A stretch of DNA of 64,000 nucleotides from Leucoraja erinacea (taxonomy: Eukaryota), in the NCBI RefSeq assembly GCF_028641065.1, contig NC_073413.1, forward strand, positions 5,456,001 to 5,520,000, in the 5' to 3' direction. The notes under the pieces were generated by a model, which made no database searches, was not told where the DNA came from, and saw only the letters and a list, made by a program, of their open reading frames with translations. The position numbers were made by a program, and so were the translations under genes. Positions 52,343 through 63,833 of this stretch are shown piece after piece (the stretch's first letter is position 1; each line of letters begins with the position of its first letter).

Positions 52343-53858
52343 TGCATCGGTGACAGGAGCACAACTAGACCACTCGGCCCATCTAGTCCACTCCGCCCTT
52401 TGATCTCTCATTCCCTCCCAACCCCCTTCTCCTAACCTCTCCCCATCACCCCTGGCACCCGTACTAATCAGGAATCTATCTGTTTCTGCCTTGAAAATAC
52501 CCATTGACTTGGCCTCCACAGCCTTCTATGGCGCAGCGGGTATGGAGTTTGCAGGTTCTCCCTGCGACCGTGAGGATTTCCTCCCACATCCCAAAGACGT
52601 GCGGGTTTGTAGGATGATCGGCCCACTGGAGATTGCCCCTAGTGTATAGGAAGTGGATGAGAATTTGGGATTACATAGAACTGGTGTGAACATGTGATCG
52701 ATGGTCAGCATGGACTTAGTGCTTTTAGTGACATGGGCAGGCATGTGGATATGCTGGAAATTGAGGGATATGGGCCATGTACAGATAGATTAGATTACTA
52801 TATTTTGGCATCATATATTTCAACATCAACCCTGCCTTCTGTGGCAATGAATTCCACAGATTCACCACCCTCTGACTAAAGAAATTGATCCTCATCTCCT
52901 TCCTTTTTATCGGAGGCTGTGGCCTCTGGTCTTTGACTCCCCCACTCATGGAAACGTCCTCTCCACATCCACTCTCTCCAGGCCTTTCACTATTTGGTAA
53001 GTTTCAATGAGCCCCCCCCCCCCCCCAACATCCTTGTAAACTCCAGCGAGTACAGGCCCAGTGCCATCAGATGCTCATCATACGTGAACCCATTCATTCC
53101 TGGGATCATTCTTATAATCATCCACTGGACCCTCTCCAACGCATCCACATCCCACCTTGGATGTGGGGCCCAGAACTACGACGAGCCACCACCATCATTC
53201 CACCATCTCGATCGTGGCTACAGCACATGACAAAAGGTGCAACGGTAGAGTTGCTGCCTCACAGCGCCAGAGACCGGGATTCAATCCTGACCTCGGGTGC
53301 TGTCTGTACAGAGTTTGCACGTTCTCTCCCTGACCTGCGTGGGTTTTCACCTGCTCCTCCAGATTCCTCCCACACACCAAAGATGCACGAGTTTGCAGGT
53401 TAATTGACTTCTGTAAATTGTCCCTAGTATGTGTAGGATAGAACTAGTGTACGGGTCACGAATGGTTAGCACAGACCCGTTGGGCCGAAGGGTCTGTTTC
53501 CACACTGTATCTCTAAACCAAATGCAATGTTAGTGATTACTGACCAAGTCTTGGTTAAAGTCCACATTGAACTTTGATTAAGTCTCGACCCGAAAAGTCA
53601 CCAATTCCTTTTCACCAGAGATGCTCTCTGACCCGCTGAGTTACTCCAGATTTTTGTGTCTCTCTGTATTTGATTAGCTCTCTCAAGCATGGCAGTTACC
53701 AATTAATCTAGTCATATTTCTGATTTATGTTTATAGTGAATAGAAGAGCTTATCAAAATGTTGTTTTCATACAAGCAAAAAACATAACTAATCATTCCAT
53801 TCGATCCAATCTCTTGTTTGCCTCAATGTGCTCTTTCGTTGCTGTAATTAGAAAATTA

Positions 53859-53864
53859 AATAAA
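53859..53864 (+). terminator. Probable poly(A) signal of TRIM copy 1
   Basis: AATAAA in an AU-rich block with downstream GT-rich sequence; conserved at 62421-62426. Confidence 0.6.
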
Positions 53865-54589
53865 CATTTATGAAGTTCTTTAACATCAGTGTTTCTCCTG
53901 TGAGTTTGTATAGAGTGGTGACATATCTACACTGGCTGTGTCCATCTGTGTCAGGCTGCTACATTTGGTCAAAAGCAACTTCAAGTAACATTGGGCAGAA
54001 TCTTTACTCTTCAGACAACATTTCTGGAGGACATGGATGGCTGATCTCTGGGTCAGGCAGCATCTCTGCGAAATCGTTAACTGGAAAGGGTGCTGAGAAG
54101 AATTACGAGGACGTTACCAGGACTCGAGGTGCCTGAGATACAGGGAGAGGTTGGACAGGCTAGGACTTTATTACCTAGAACACAGGAGGATGAGGGGTGA
54201 TCTTATAAGAGGTGTACAAAATCATGAGGAATAGAACTGGTAGACGCACAGGGTCTCTTGCCCAGAGTATGGGGGAATTGAGGACCAGGGGGCATAGGTT
54301 TAAGGTGAAGGGGGAATTATTTAATAGGAATCTGAGGGGTAACCTTTTCACACAAAGGGTGCTAGGTGCATGGAACGAGCTGCCGGAGGAGGTAGTTAAA
54401 GGGTCTCGACCACGTAACGTCACCCATACCTACTCTCCAGAGATGCTGCCAGAGCCGCTGAGTTCCTCCAGCACGATGTGTCTATCTACGGCGTCAACCA
54501 CCTGCAGTTCCTTGCTCTCCAGCGTAAACAAGCCGGGTTCTCACTGAGTACACACGCACACAAACACACTAAGTGAGACATAAAGGTAA

Positions 54590-54732
54590 AGGGCAGCGGG
54601 GCGGAGAGACCGGCTGCCCCGCCTCTGTCTCTCAGTTCGCTGGTTATTTTCTCGCCTCGCAGCAGAGACGTGAACCTCCACACACACACTCACCACCAAA
54701 GATCGTCTTTGGTCACTACCACCCCAGTTCAG
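54590..54732 (+). promoter_or_regulatory. Putative promoter and non-coding exon 1 of TRIM56-like copy 2
   Basis: Paralogous to 46690-46829; donor CAG|GTGAGT at 54733. Confidence 0.65.
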
Positions 54733-55206
54733 GTGAGTGAGATGCTGCAGAGGGCGGCTGGCGGGTGGGGTCAGGGGGAGGAAGGGAGTGAGGTTGAGAT
54801 AGGATGTAAGAGCGGGTTGTTTTTTAATCTCGAGGCGCCGGGACATCCGCCTCACTGCGGTGGGCTAGGAAATCTGGCCCATCACACGGCGCTGTGATGT
54901 TGCCCCGTCTCTGGTTGGGGCGGGAGGGAAGAGGAGAGGAGGGAAAGGGAACGACGTGGTGGAGATGGGAGGGGAGGAGAAGGGATGGAAGAGCAGGAAA
55001 TGGTAGGGTTAGGGTAGGGGAGAAGAAAATAGAGGCGGGGAGGGAAGAAGAAGAGAGGAGAGAGCAGGGATGGGAGTATGTTAACAAACAAGGTTCATAG
55101 ATGAAACGGGGTCTTTGCGTGACTTACTCGGCTGTTCGCTGGTGGAAGCGTTTTAAGCCACTGTAAATTTAAAGGGGCTGTTCAACAACAATGTCGCCGT
55201 GTCTTT

Positions 55207-55256
55207 ACTTTCACTTTCCATTCTGGAATCTCACTCACTCTTTAAGTTTCGTTTCT
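55207..55256. promoter_or_regulatory. IRF-E/ISRE-like motif pair in intron 1 of copy 2
   Basis: ACTTTCACTTTCC (= GGAAAGTGAAAGT) at 55207-55219 and AGTTTCGTTTCT at 55245-55256. Confidence 0.6.
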
Positions 55257-55431
55257 AGCTGGGGTGAATCACAGCATGGAAATAGCCCCTTCGGCCCACC
55301 GAATCCATGCTAACAATCGATCACTCATTCACGCACACCTCCAGATTCAGGGACAGTTTCTTCCCAGCTGTTATCAAGCAACTGAATCACCTTACCACAA
55401 CTCGAGAGCAGACCTGAACTACTATCTCTCA

Positions 55432-56330
55432 GTTCACTCTGCACCTCCATCCCCCACCAGGATGGCCTCAAAGCCCTCCGGTTCTTCCTCGACCAGAGGA
55501 GCGACCTATACCCAGCCACTGACACTCTCCTCCGCCTAGCGGAGTTGGTTCTCACCCTCAACAACTTTACTTTTGACTCCTCCCATTTCCTCCAAACACA
55601 AGGCGTAGCTATGGGCACACGCATGGGCCCCAGCTACGCCTGCCTCTTTGTCGGGTACGTTGAACAATCCTTGTTCAATACTTACCAGGGCCCCATCCCC
55701 GAGCTCTACCTCCGTTACATTGACGACTGCTTTGGGGCCACCTCCTGCACCCACACACAACTGACTGACTTCATCCACTTCGCCATCAACTTCCATCCGG
55801 CACTCCAATACACCTGGACCATTTCCGACACTTCCGTACCATTCCTTGACCTCACCATCTCCATCGCAGGGGACAGGCTTCTGACCGACATACACTACAA
55901 ACCAACTGACTCACATGGCTATCTGGACTACACGTCTTCCCACCCTGACCCCTGTAAAGACTCCATCCCCAACTCCCAATTCCTCTGCCTACGCCGCATC
56001 TGTTCCCAGGTTCAAGTGGATGAAGTCAGCCAGACGTTCCACACCAGGGCATCGGAAATGTCCTCGTTCTTCAGGGAACGGTGATTCCCCTCAGCCACCA
56101 TAGATGAGGCTCGCACCAGGGTTCTCATCCATACCCTGCAACACTGCTCTCTCTCCCCATCCCCGCACTCGCAACAAGGGCAGAGTCCCCCTAGTCCTCA
56201 CCTTTCACGCAACCAGCCGGCAAATACAACAAATAATCCTCCGCCATTTCCGCCACCTCCAACGTGACCCCACCACTCGGCACATCTTCCCATCTCCCCC
56301 TATGTCCGCCTTCCGCAAAGACCGCTCTTT
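55432..56330 (+). mobile_element. Penelope-like element reverse-transcriptase fragment (disrupted)
   Basis: QTQGVAMGTRMGPSYA..YLRYIDD..PFLDL..YKPTD..HP motifs typical of PLE RT; stop and frameshifts downstream. Confidence 0.85.
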
Positions 56331-57254
56331 TAGAATATTTTAACAGTGGTGCACCTGGTTCTCCAGGTTTGATCCTGACTACGTGGTCATAGGGAGAACA
56401 TGCAAACTCCACACAGAGATCGCCCGTGGTCGGGATGGAACCCAGGGACTCTGGCACTGTGCGGCAGCTGCACCTGTTAAAATAGAGCTCTGATCTAAAC
56501 AATTACAGGTCCACCACCAATTTCTCGGCACTCTTGGTTCCGGAGCCTTGCCGGATGATCCGTTTTGCCAGACCAACAGAGGTCACGGCCTCCGAGAGGA
56601 GTCTAACGGTCTTGGAACATTCCGCCTAGGCCGCCGAGGGTCCGCAAAGTCTGCCTTGGAAGCCATCTATGGGAACGGGTCTGCCGGTTCTGACTGGACT
56701 GGAGTAAGTGGCGGCACGGTGGCACAGCGGTAGAGTTGCTGCCTCACAGCCCCAGAGACCCGGGTTCCATCCTGACCACAGGTGCAGTCTGTACAGAGTT
56801 TGTACGTTCTCCCCGTGAGTTTCTTCTGGGTGCTCCGGTTTCCTCCCACACTCTAAAGACGTATATGTTTGTAGGTTAATTGGCTTGGTATAATTGTAAA
56901 TTATCCCTAGTGTGTGAAGGGATAGGATAGCTGGGATCGCCAGTCGGGGCGGTGGGCCGAAGGGCCGTGTTTCCGGAATGTATCTCTATATGAGAAAAAA
57001 CTCAGCCGCAGGAGGGCAAGTTTAAAGTCCCAATGAGGTCGATATCGGCCGCCTCACCCAGCCAGGGCGCTTCATTTTTGGGGGGACTTCCAGGAGGAGG
57101 TTTCAAGTGCGCTCTGGTCATTTTGTCCGGATTAAAGGAGGTGCTGGATCACCAGTTGCCAGAAAATCGGTGGCGGAGTATTATTGTTTGTTTTTTCTGT
57201 GTATGTATCTGTGAGTGTAAAACAAGTAAGAATCTTACTATTCTATCTGGGACA

Positions 57255-57273
57255 TCTATCTTATACTATTAAA

Positions 57274-57312
<39 letters not shown>

Positions 57313-57457
57313 TTGTCTGTCAGGTTCGGCCTTTGATTCCTTGGTTTGCCAGCACCACACGCTGAAACTCTTTTCCATTTCGCTAGCTAATTCACTTTTA
57401 CATTCACTCATGCACTCCCCAAAACATTTGGACATGTTTTTATACGTTTTTTAATAA

Positions 57458-57527
<70 letters not shown>

Positions 57528-57585
57528 TTCTCGGGGTCGGAAGCACATTCGGAAACCAGACCCAACGGGTCTTCACTTGGTCTAG
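57255..57585 (+). mobile_element. 331-bp non-autonomous Helitron
   Basis: 5' TC, 3' hairpin AGACCCAACGGGTCT plus CTAG; inserted between A and T with no duplication; the empty site is at ~50095-50120 in the paralogous intron. Confidence 0.8.
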
Positions 57586-57812
57586 TAGAACAATAAAACA
57601 ATCTTGATTCTCAGACTTGTATTTTAAAACCCAAACTTTCTGTGACCAAAATTCTCATGGTGTGGAAACAGGCCCTTTGACTCAACTTGCCCACACCAGC
57701 CAATATGTCCCAACTACACTAGTCCCTCTGACTGTTTCTTAAAACGTTGGGATAGTCCCAGCCTCAACTACCTTGTTGTGTCCTCTGATCTATTGCAGGT
57801 TGTGTCCACATC

Positions 57813-59789
57813 ATGGCCATGTCGGGGGATATTACGGATCAGATACAAAACGATCTATTAAACTGCAAGATCTGCCTCAGTAGGTTCATACAGCCCAAGA
57901 TGCTGCCTTGTGCCCACACCTACTGCCAGGGGTGCCTGGAGAAGATGGTTAGGTCAGACCGGAAGGTGCAGTGCCCGGAGTGCAGGGAAGTGTTTGACGT
58001 GAGAGGTGGCGTCAGCAAACTCAAGACCAACTTTCACATCAACAGTCTGATGGATATCATCAAGAGCAAGGAGAATGAGAAGGTGGTCTGCAGTTGGTGC
58101 GCAACTACTGGTCGCCGTGAGACTCCCGCCGTGGCTCGGTGTAAAACCTGCCTCAAGTGCCTCTGCCCGCCTTGCAAGCTCACCCACGGGACTGCCAACC
58201 CACGCCACGTGCTGGAGGATCTGCCCGGTCACATCGCCGGCCCTTGCGAGGCAGAGACAAAGATGCAGAAGATGATCTACTGCCAGGGCCACCCAGGAAA
58301 CCTGGTGGACCATCTCTGCAACACTTGCAACAGCGTGATCTGCAGCAGTTGTTCCTCACACGCCCACGCCAGGCACTCGAAGGTGTCCCTGGCCAAGGCA
58401 GGGGCCACAGCTAGACCCACGGTGATGAATCTCATGGAGAGACTGAAGACTGACACGCAGTCGCTGGTCCAACAGGAAGACGACATCGTCCAGGCAATGG
58501 AGGGGATGAAGGCGACGGAAAGATCTCTGATGTCTATGATAGAGTCCACCCTGGCCGAGGTCATAAACAACTTGATAAAACAGGGCGACACCATCAAGGA
58601 AACGCTCTCCAGTTACGTCAGGGAGCAGGAAGAATTGTACAAGGTCGCGCGGGATGATATTCAGCTCAAGATCAAGAAGGCGAAGGACACCAGGGAATTT
58701 TCCCAGGGGGTCCTGGGTTCCAGTAAAATGAGGGAAATAGTCTGCCTGCGGTCCGTCGTGGAAGAACAGATCGATGGACTCCAAGCACCGAGGGTCCCGG
58801 ACGACAAGAAGACCCGCCCCAGCCTGACCGTCAACGAGTCGCTCAAGAGCATGCTGTCTCATTCCAACCTTTTCAGCATCACCTTCGGTGAAGAATCGGC
58901 CGCCAAGGCACTGGCCGCTCCAGCGAAAAGCAAGCCGCGCAAGAGCCCGACGAAAAGCCCACTGGCCTACACTCCCCACCCCCAACCCAGGCAGAGGACG
59001 TGGAATCTACATTGCTTCAACACGTTGCTGGGTGGTGAATTGTGTGATCCGAACCTGACGGGCGTCAGCGTCTCCAGCGACGGCATCATCGTGGTGGCAG
59101 ACCAAGAAAATTCCCTTCTGAAATGCTTCACCGACGACGGGCACATCACCGCGACCATCTCACTGCCGGACGATGACGAACCATGCAGTGTTGCCATCTT
59201 TGATGGCACCATCGCCTGCTCGTCTGGAAACCGGTTGTACATGTTGGACATGGACGGGACCAAGCAGAAGAAGCTCTTGCTCCGTGGCTCCGAATCCATC
59301 TACCACCTCGCCGCCTACAGGGATGAATACGTGGCGGTGAGCGAGGGCTCCATGTGCTCCCTCTCCCTGTACGACATCAACGGGAAGATGGTCAAAAGAG
59401 TGAAGCCGTGCGGCTACGAGGGGGCGCGCTTCCTCTTCCTCGCCATCAACAGCGACGAGCAGTTCATCGTGGCCGACTACGGCAAGAAGTGCATCCTGAT
59501 CTTCGACAGGGATGGCTGCGTCTTCACCACCTGTAACCAGGTCACCATGAACGGGATGGGTCAGGCGATCTGTCCCTACAGCATCTGCACGGACAAAGAC
59601 GACAATATTATGGTCACCGAGTGGAACCGGATCCTCTTGTTTTGGCCCAGCGGGAACTTCAGGGAGGAGCTGCTGACCGTCGCCAACGGCCTTCACAAAC
59701 CACGCGTCATCACCGTCGACAATTGCAACAACCTGGTCGTCACCCAAGGCAACGGATGCATCACCGTGTACCAGCTGGACCTCTCTTAG
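57813..59789 (+). CDS. TRIM56: TRIM56-like E3 ubiquitin ligase, copy 2 (658 aa)
   Basis: Intact ORF, about 90% identical to copy 1 by manual comparison; same acceptor ttgcag|gttgtgtccacatcATG. Confidence 0.85.
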   Translation: MAMSGDITDQIQNDLLNCKICLSRFIQPKMLPCAHTYCQGCLEKMVRSDRKVQCPECREVFDVRGGVSKLKTNFHINSLMDIIKSKENEKVVCSWCATTGRRETPAVARCKTCLKCLCPPCKLTHGTANPRHVLEDLPGHIAGPCEAETKMQKMIYCQGHPGNLVDHLCNTCNSVICSSCSSHAHARHSKVSLAKAGATARPTVMNLMERLKTDTQSLVQQEDDIVQAMEGMKATERSLMSMIESTLAEVINNLIKQGDTIKETLSSYVREQEELYKVARDDIQLKIKKAKDTREFSQGVLGSSKMREIVCLRSVVEEQIDGLQAPRVPDDKKTRPSLTVNESLKSMLSHSNLFSITFGEESAAKALAAPAKSKPRKSPTKSPLAYTPHPQPRQRTWNLHCFNTLLGGELCDPNLTGVSVSSDGIIVVADQENSLLKCFTDDGHITATISLPDDDEPCSVAIFDGTIACSSGNRLYMLDMDGTKQKKLLLRGSESIYHLAAYRDEYVAVSEGSMCSLSLYDINGKMVKRVKPCGYEGARFLFLAINSDEQFIVADYGKKCILIFDRDGCVFTTCNQVTMNGMGQAICPYSICTDKDDNIMVTEWNRILLFWPSGNFREELLTVANGLHKPRVITVDNCNNLVVTQGNGCITVYQLDLS

Positions 59790-62420
59790 TGCATCGGTGA
59801 CAGGAGCACAACTAAGCCACTCGGCCCATCTAGTCCACTCCACGATTCAGTCATGGCTGATCTCTCATTCCCTCCCAACCCCCTTCTGCCTTCTCCCCAT
59901 CACCCCTGACACCCGTACTAATCAGGAATCTATCTGCCTCTGCCTTGAAACTACCTATTGGCGGCCTCCTGTGGCGCAGCGGGTATGGAGTTTGCACGTT
60001 CTCCCTGCAACCACGAGGTTTTCCTCCCACATCCCAAAGACGTGCGGGTTTGTAGGTTAATCGGCCCTCTGTAGATTGCCCCCAGTGTGTAGGGAGTGAA
60101 TGAGAATTTAGGATAACATAGAACTAGTGAGAACATGTGATCGATGGTCAGCGTGGACTCAGTGCTTTAAGTGACATGGGCAGGCATGTGGATATGCTGG
60201 AAATTGAGGGATATGGGCCACGTACAGGTAATTAGATTAGTATATTTTGGCATTATATATTTCGGCCATTAACCCTGTTTTCTGTGGCAATTAATTACAC
60301 AGATTCACCACCCTCTAAATAAAGAAATTCATCCTCATCCTTTTATTCGGAGCCCGTGGCCTCTGGTCTTGGACTCCACCACTAGTGGAAATGTCCTCTC
60401 CACATACACTGAATTCCGGCCTCCAGCGAGTACAGGCCAAGTGCCATCAGACGCTCATCATACGTGAACCTATTCATTCCTGAGATCATTCTCGTAATCC
60501 TCCTCTGGACCCTCTCCAACGCCTCCACATCCATCCACTGCTCACAATACTCCAAATGCGGCCCGACCCGCGCCTTCTAGATTCTCAGCATTACCTCAGA
60601 GTGGACCACCTTCTGAAGTTTCACGCATGTGGCGCTGAGTATGTCAGTGACTGTGCTATGTTAGGGAGCGGTCCTTGACATCCAGGCTGTATTTTGAGTC
60701 GAGCTCAGAGCAGTCGACCTGTGCACAGGATATTTTTAAGGCAGATTTTTAGATCGACAGATTCTCGATTAGTACGGGTGTCGAGAAAGCAGGCGAAAGT
60801 GGATGAGAGGGAAAGATGAATCAGCCTTGTTTGAACGGCGGAGCAGACTCGATGGGCAGAATAGCCAGCGCAGTGATAGACTTGCTTCCCGACAGCGTCA
60901 GAGACCCAGGTTTGATCCTGTCTATGGGCGCTGTCTATGGAGTTTGCAAGTTCTCCCCGTGATCACGTGGGTTTTTTCCAGGTGCTCTGGTTTCCTCCAA
61001 AACTAAAGACGTACAGGGAGAAAATAATCGTCACTAGTGTGTAGGATACTCCTACTGTACGGGGTGATCGCTGGTCGGCACAGACTTGGTGGGCCGAAGG
61101 GCCAGTTTCCGCACTATACCTCTGAGGTCTAAAATTGTGTGGTCCAACAACATGGAGATGTTCTTTGGGTTCTGGGTTTGGTTAGAGGTGAGCAAGCTTC
61201 ACTTTTTATCATGGTACATCTGACGGTGTTTCTTTGCTGTCCACATTTAGATGCTGTAATTGATTCATATTCCACCATCTGTTTGAAAGTGCGGCACAAT
61301 GACGCAGCTGTAAAGCTGCTATCTGACAGCTCCAGAGACCCGGGTTCGGTCCCAACTGCGGAGCCGCCTATGTGGAGTTTGTACCTTCTCCCTGTGACCG
61401 TGTGGGTTTTCTCCGGGTGCTCCCACATCCCAAAGACGTACGGGTTTGTAGGCTAATTGGCTGCTGTATATTGCCCCTAGAGTGTGGGACATAGATCTGG
61501 TGTCAACGGGTCGATCGATGGTCAACGCAGTCTCGGTGGGATGACGGACCTGTTTCCATGCTGTATCTCCAAATTCTAAATATCCCACCATTGCACTAAA
61601 GAGCTGAGGGTTCAGCACAGGTAGTTTGGATTTCACCATGGGATTGCTGGAGAGATCATTCATAGGCATTACTCATCCATTTAGGATTCCTGTGGACCAA
61701 CACTACCAACGATAATGATGAGATGTAAACAAATGCACTCATATAATACAAGTTTACTTCAGTAAGGATCATTGAGGATATAGGGAAAGCTTTTGATTAT
61801 TAAATCAAATAAGCTTTGCAAAGAGATGTAAAGCAGCTGCCTCACAGCGCCAGAGACCCGGGTTTGATCCCGCTGACGGGTGCTGCCTGTGCGGAGTTTG
61901 CATGTTCTCCCTTTGACCGCGTGGATTTTCTGCCACATTCTAAAGATATGCAGGGTTGTCGGTTAATTGGCTTTTGTGAATTATAAGATGCGAAACTGGG
62001 ATAACATTGAACTCGAGTGGACGAGTAATTGATGGTCAGCGTGGACTTGATGGGCTGAAGCGCCAGTTTGCACACTGTATCTCTAAACTGAACGCAATAT
62101 TATGGACCAAGTCTTGGTTAAAGTCCACATTGCACTATGATTAAGAGTCTCAACCCGAAAAGTCACCAATTCCTTTTCTCCAGAGATATTGTCTGAGCCG
62201 CAGTTATTCCAGCTTCTTGTGTCTCTCTTTGATATTTGATTAGCTCTCAAGCATGGCAGTTACCAATTAATCTAATCTATTTGTGATTTATGTTTATAGT
62301 ATGAGTACAGGAGCTTATCAAAATGTCGTTTTCATACAAGCTAAAAAAACTAATCATTCCATTCGATCCAATCTCTTGTTTGCCTCAATGTGCTCTTTCG
62401 TTGTTGTAATTAGAAAATTA

Positions 62421-62426
62421 AATAAA
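62421..62426 (+). terminator. Probable poly(A) signal of TRIM copy 2
   Basis: AATAAA in the block paralogous to 53660-53900. Confidence 0.6.
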
Positions 62427-63149
62427 CTTTTATGAAGTTCTTTAACAACAGTGTGTTTCCTGTGTCTTTGTATAGAGTGGTGACATATCTACACTGGCTG
62501 TGTCCATCTGTGTCAGGCTGCTGCATTTGGTCAAAAGCATCTTCAAGTAACATTGGGCAGAATTTTTACTCTTCAGACATTTCTGGAAGACATGGATGGC
62601 TGATCTCTGGGTCAGGCAGCATCTCTGCGAAATCGTTAACTGGAAAGGGTGCTGAGAAGATTTACAGGGACGTTACCAGGACTCGAGGTGCCTGAGCTAC
62701 AGGAAGAGGTTGGACAGGCTAGGACTATATTACCTGGAACACAGTAGGATGAGGGGTGATCTTATAAGAGGTGTACAAAATCATGAGGAATAGATCTGGT
62801 CGTAGAGGGTCTCTTGCCCAGAGTATGGGGGAATTGAGGACCGGGAGGCATCGGTTTATGGTGAAGGGGAAATTATTTAATAGGAATCTGAGGGGTAACG
62901 TTTTCACACAAGGGGTGCTGGGTGTAGGGAACGAGCTGCCGGAGGAGGTAGTTGAAGGGGCTCGACCATGTAACGTCACCCATTCCTTCTCTCCAGAGAT
63001 GCTGCCAGAGCCGCCGAGTTCCTCCAGCACGTTGTGTCTATCTACGGCGTCAACCACCTGCAGTTCCTTGCTCTCCAGCGTAAACAAGCCGGGTTCTCAC
63101 CGAGTAACACGCACACACACGCACACAAACACACTAAGTGAGACATAAC

Positions 63150-63290
63150 AGGGCAGCGGGGCGGAGAGACCGGCTGCCCCGCCTCTGTCTCTCAGTTCGC
63201 TGTTCATTTTCTCGCCTCGCAGCAGAGACGTGGACCTCCACACACACTCACCACCAAAGATCTTCTTTGCTCACCACCACCCCAGCTCAG
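63150..63290 (+). promoter_or_regulatory. Putative promoter and non-coding exon 1 of a third TRIM56-like unit (CDS expected beyond the window)
   Basis: Third copy of the block; donor CAG|GTGAGT at 63291; intron homology continues to 64000. Confidence 0.65.
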
Positions 63291-63783
63291 GTGAGTGAGA
63301 TGCTGCAAAGGGCGGCTGTTGGGGGGGGAGTGAGGTTGAGATAGGATATAAAAGCGTGTTTTTTTTTAAATCTCCAGGCGTTGGGACATCCGCCTCACTG
63401 CTGTGGGCTAGGCAATCGGGCCCATCACACGGCGCTGTGATGTTGCCCCGTCTCGGGTTGGGGCGAGAGGGAAGAGGAGAGGACGGAAAGGGAAGGGCGG
63501 GTTGGAGATGGGAGGGGCGAGCAGGAAATGGTAGGGTAGGGGAGAAGAAGAGAGAGGAGGGGAGGGGATAAGAAGAGAGGAGAGAGCAGGGATGGGAGTA
63601 TGTTAACACACAAGGTTCATAGATGAAACGGGGTCTTTGCGTAACTTACATTGGGAACCAAGTGTCACCTCTCCTGGGCAATGACACTCATTCCCACCTG
63701 GTCCTCGGCTGTTCGCTGGTGGAAGCGTTTTAAACCACTGTATATTTAAAGGGGCTGTTCAACAACAATGTCGCCGTGTCATT

Positions 63784-63833
63784 ACTTTCACTTTCCATTC
63801 TGGAATCTCTCTCACTCTTTAAGTTTCATTTCT
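63784..63833. promoter_or_regulatory. IRF-E/ISRE-like motif pair in intron 1 of unit 3
   Basis: ACTTTCACTTTCC at 63784-63796 and AGTTTCATTTCT at 63822-63833. Confidence 0.6.

Noticed and set aside
51101-59843. Long antisense ORFs over the TRIM genes (and likewise over the GPCR)
   Set aside because: Expected shadows of GC3-rich coding sequence.
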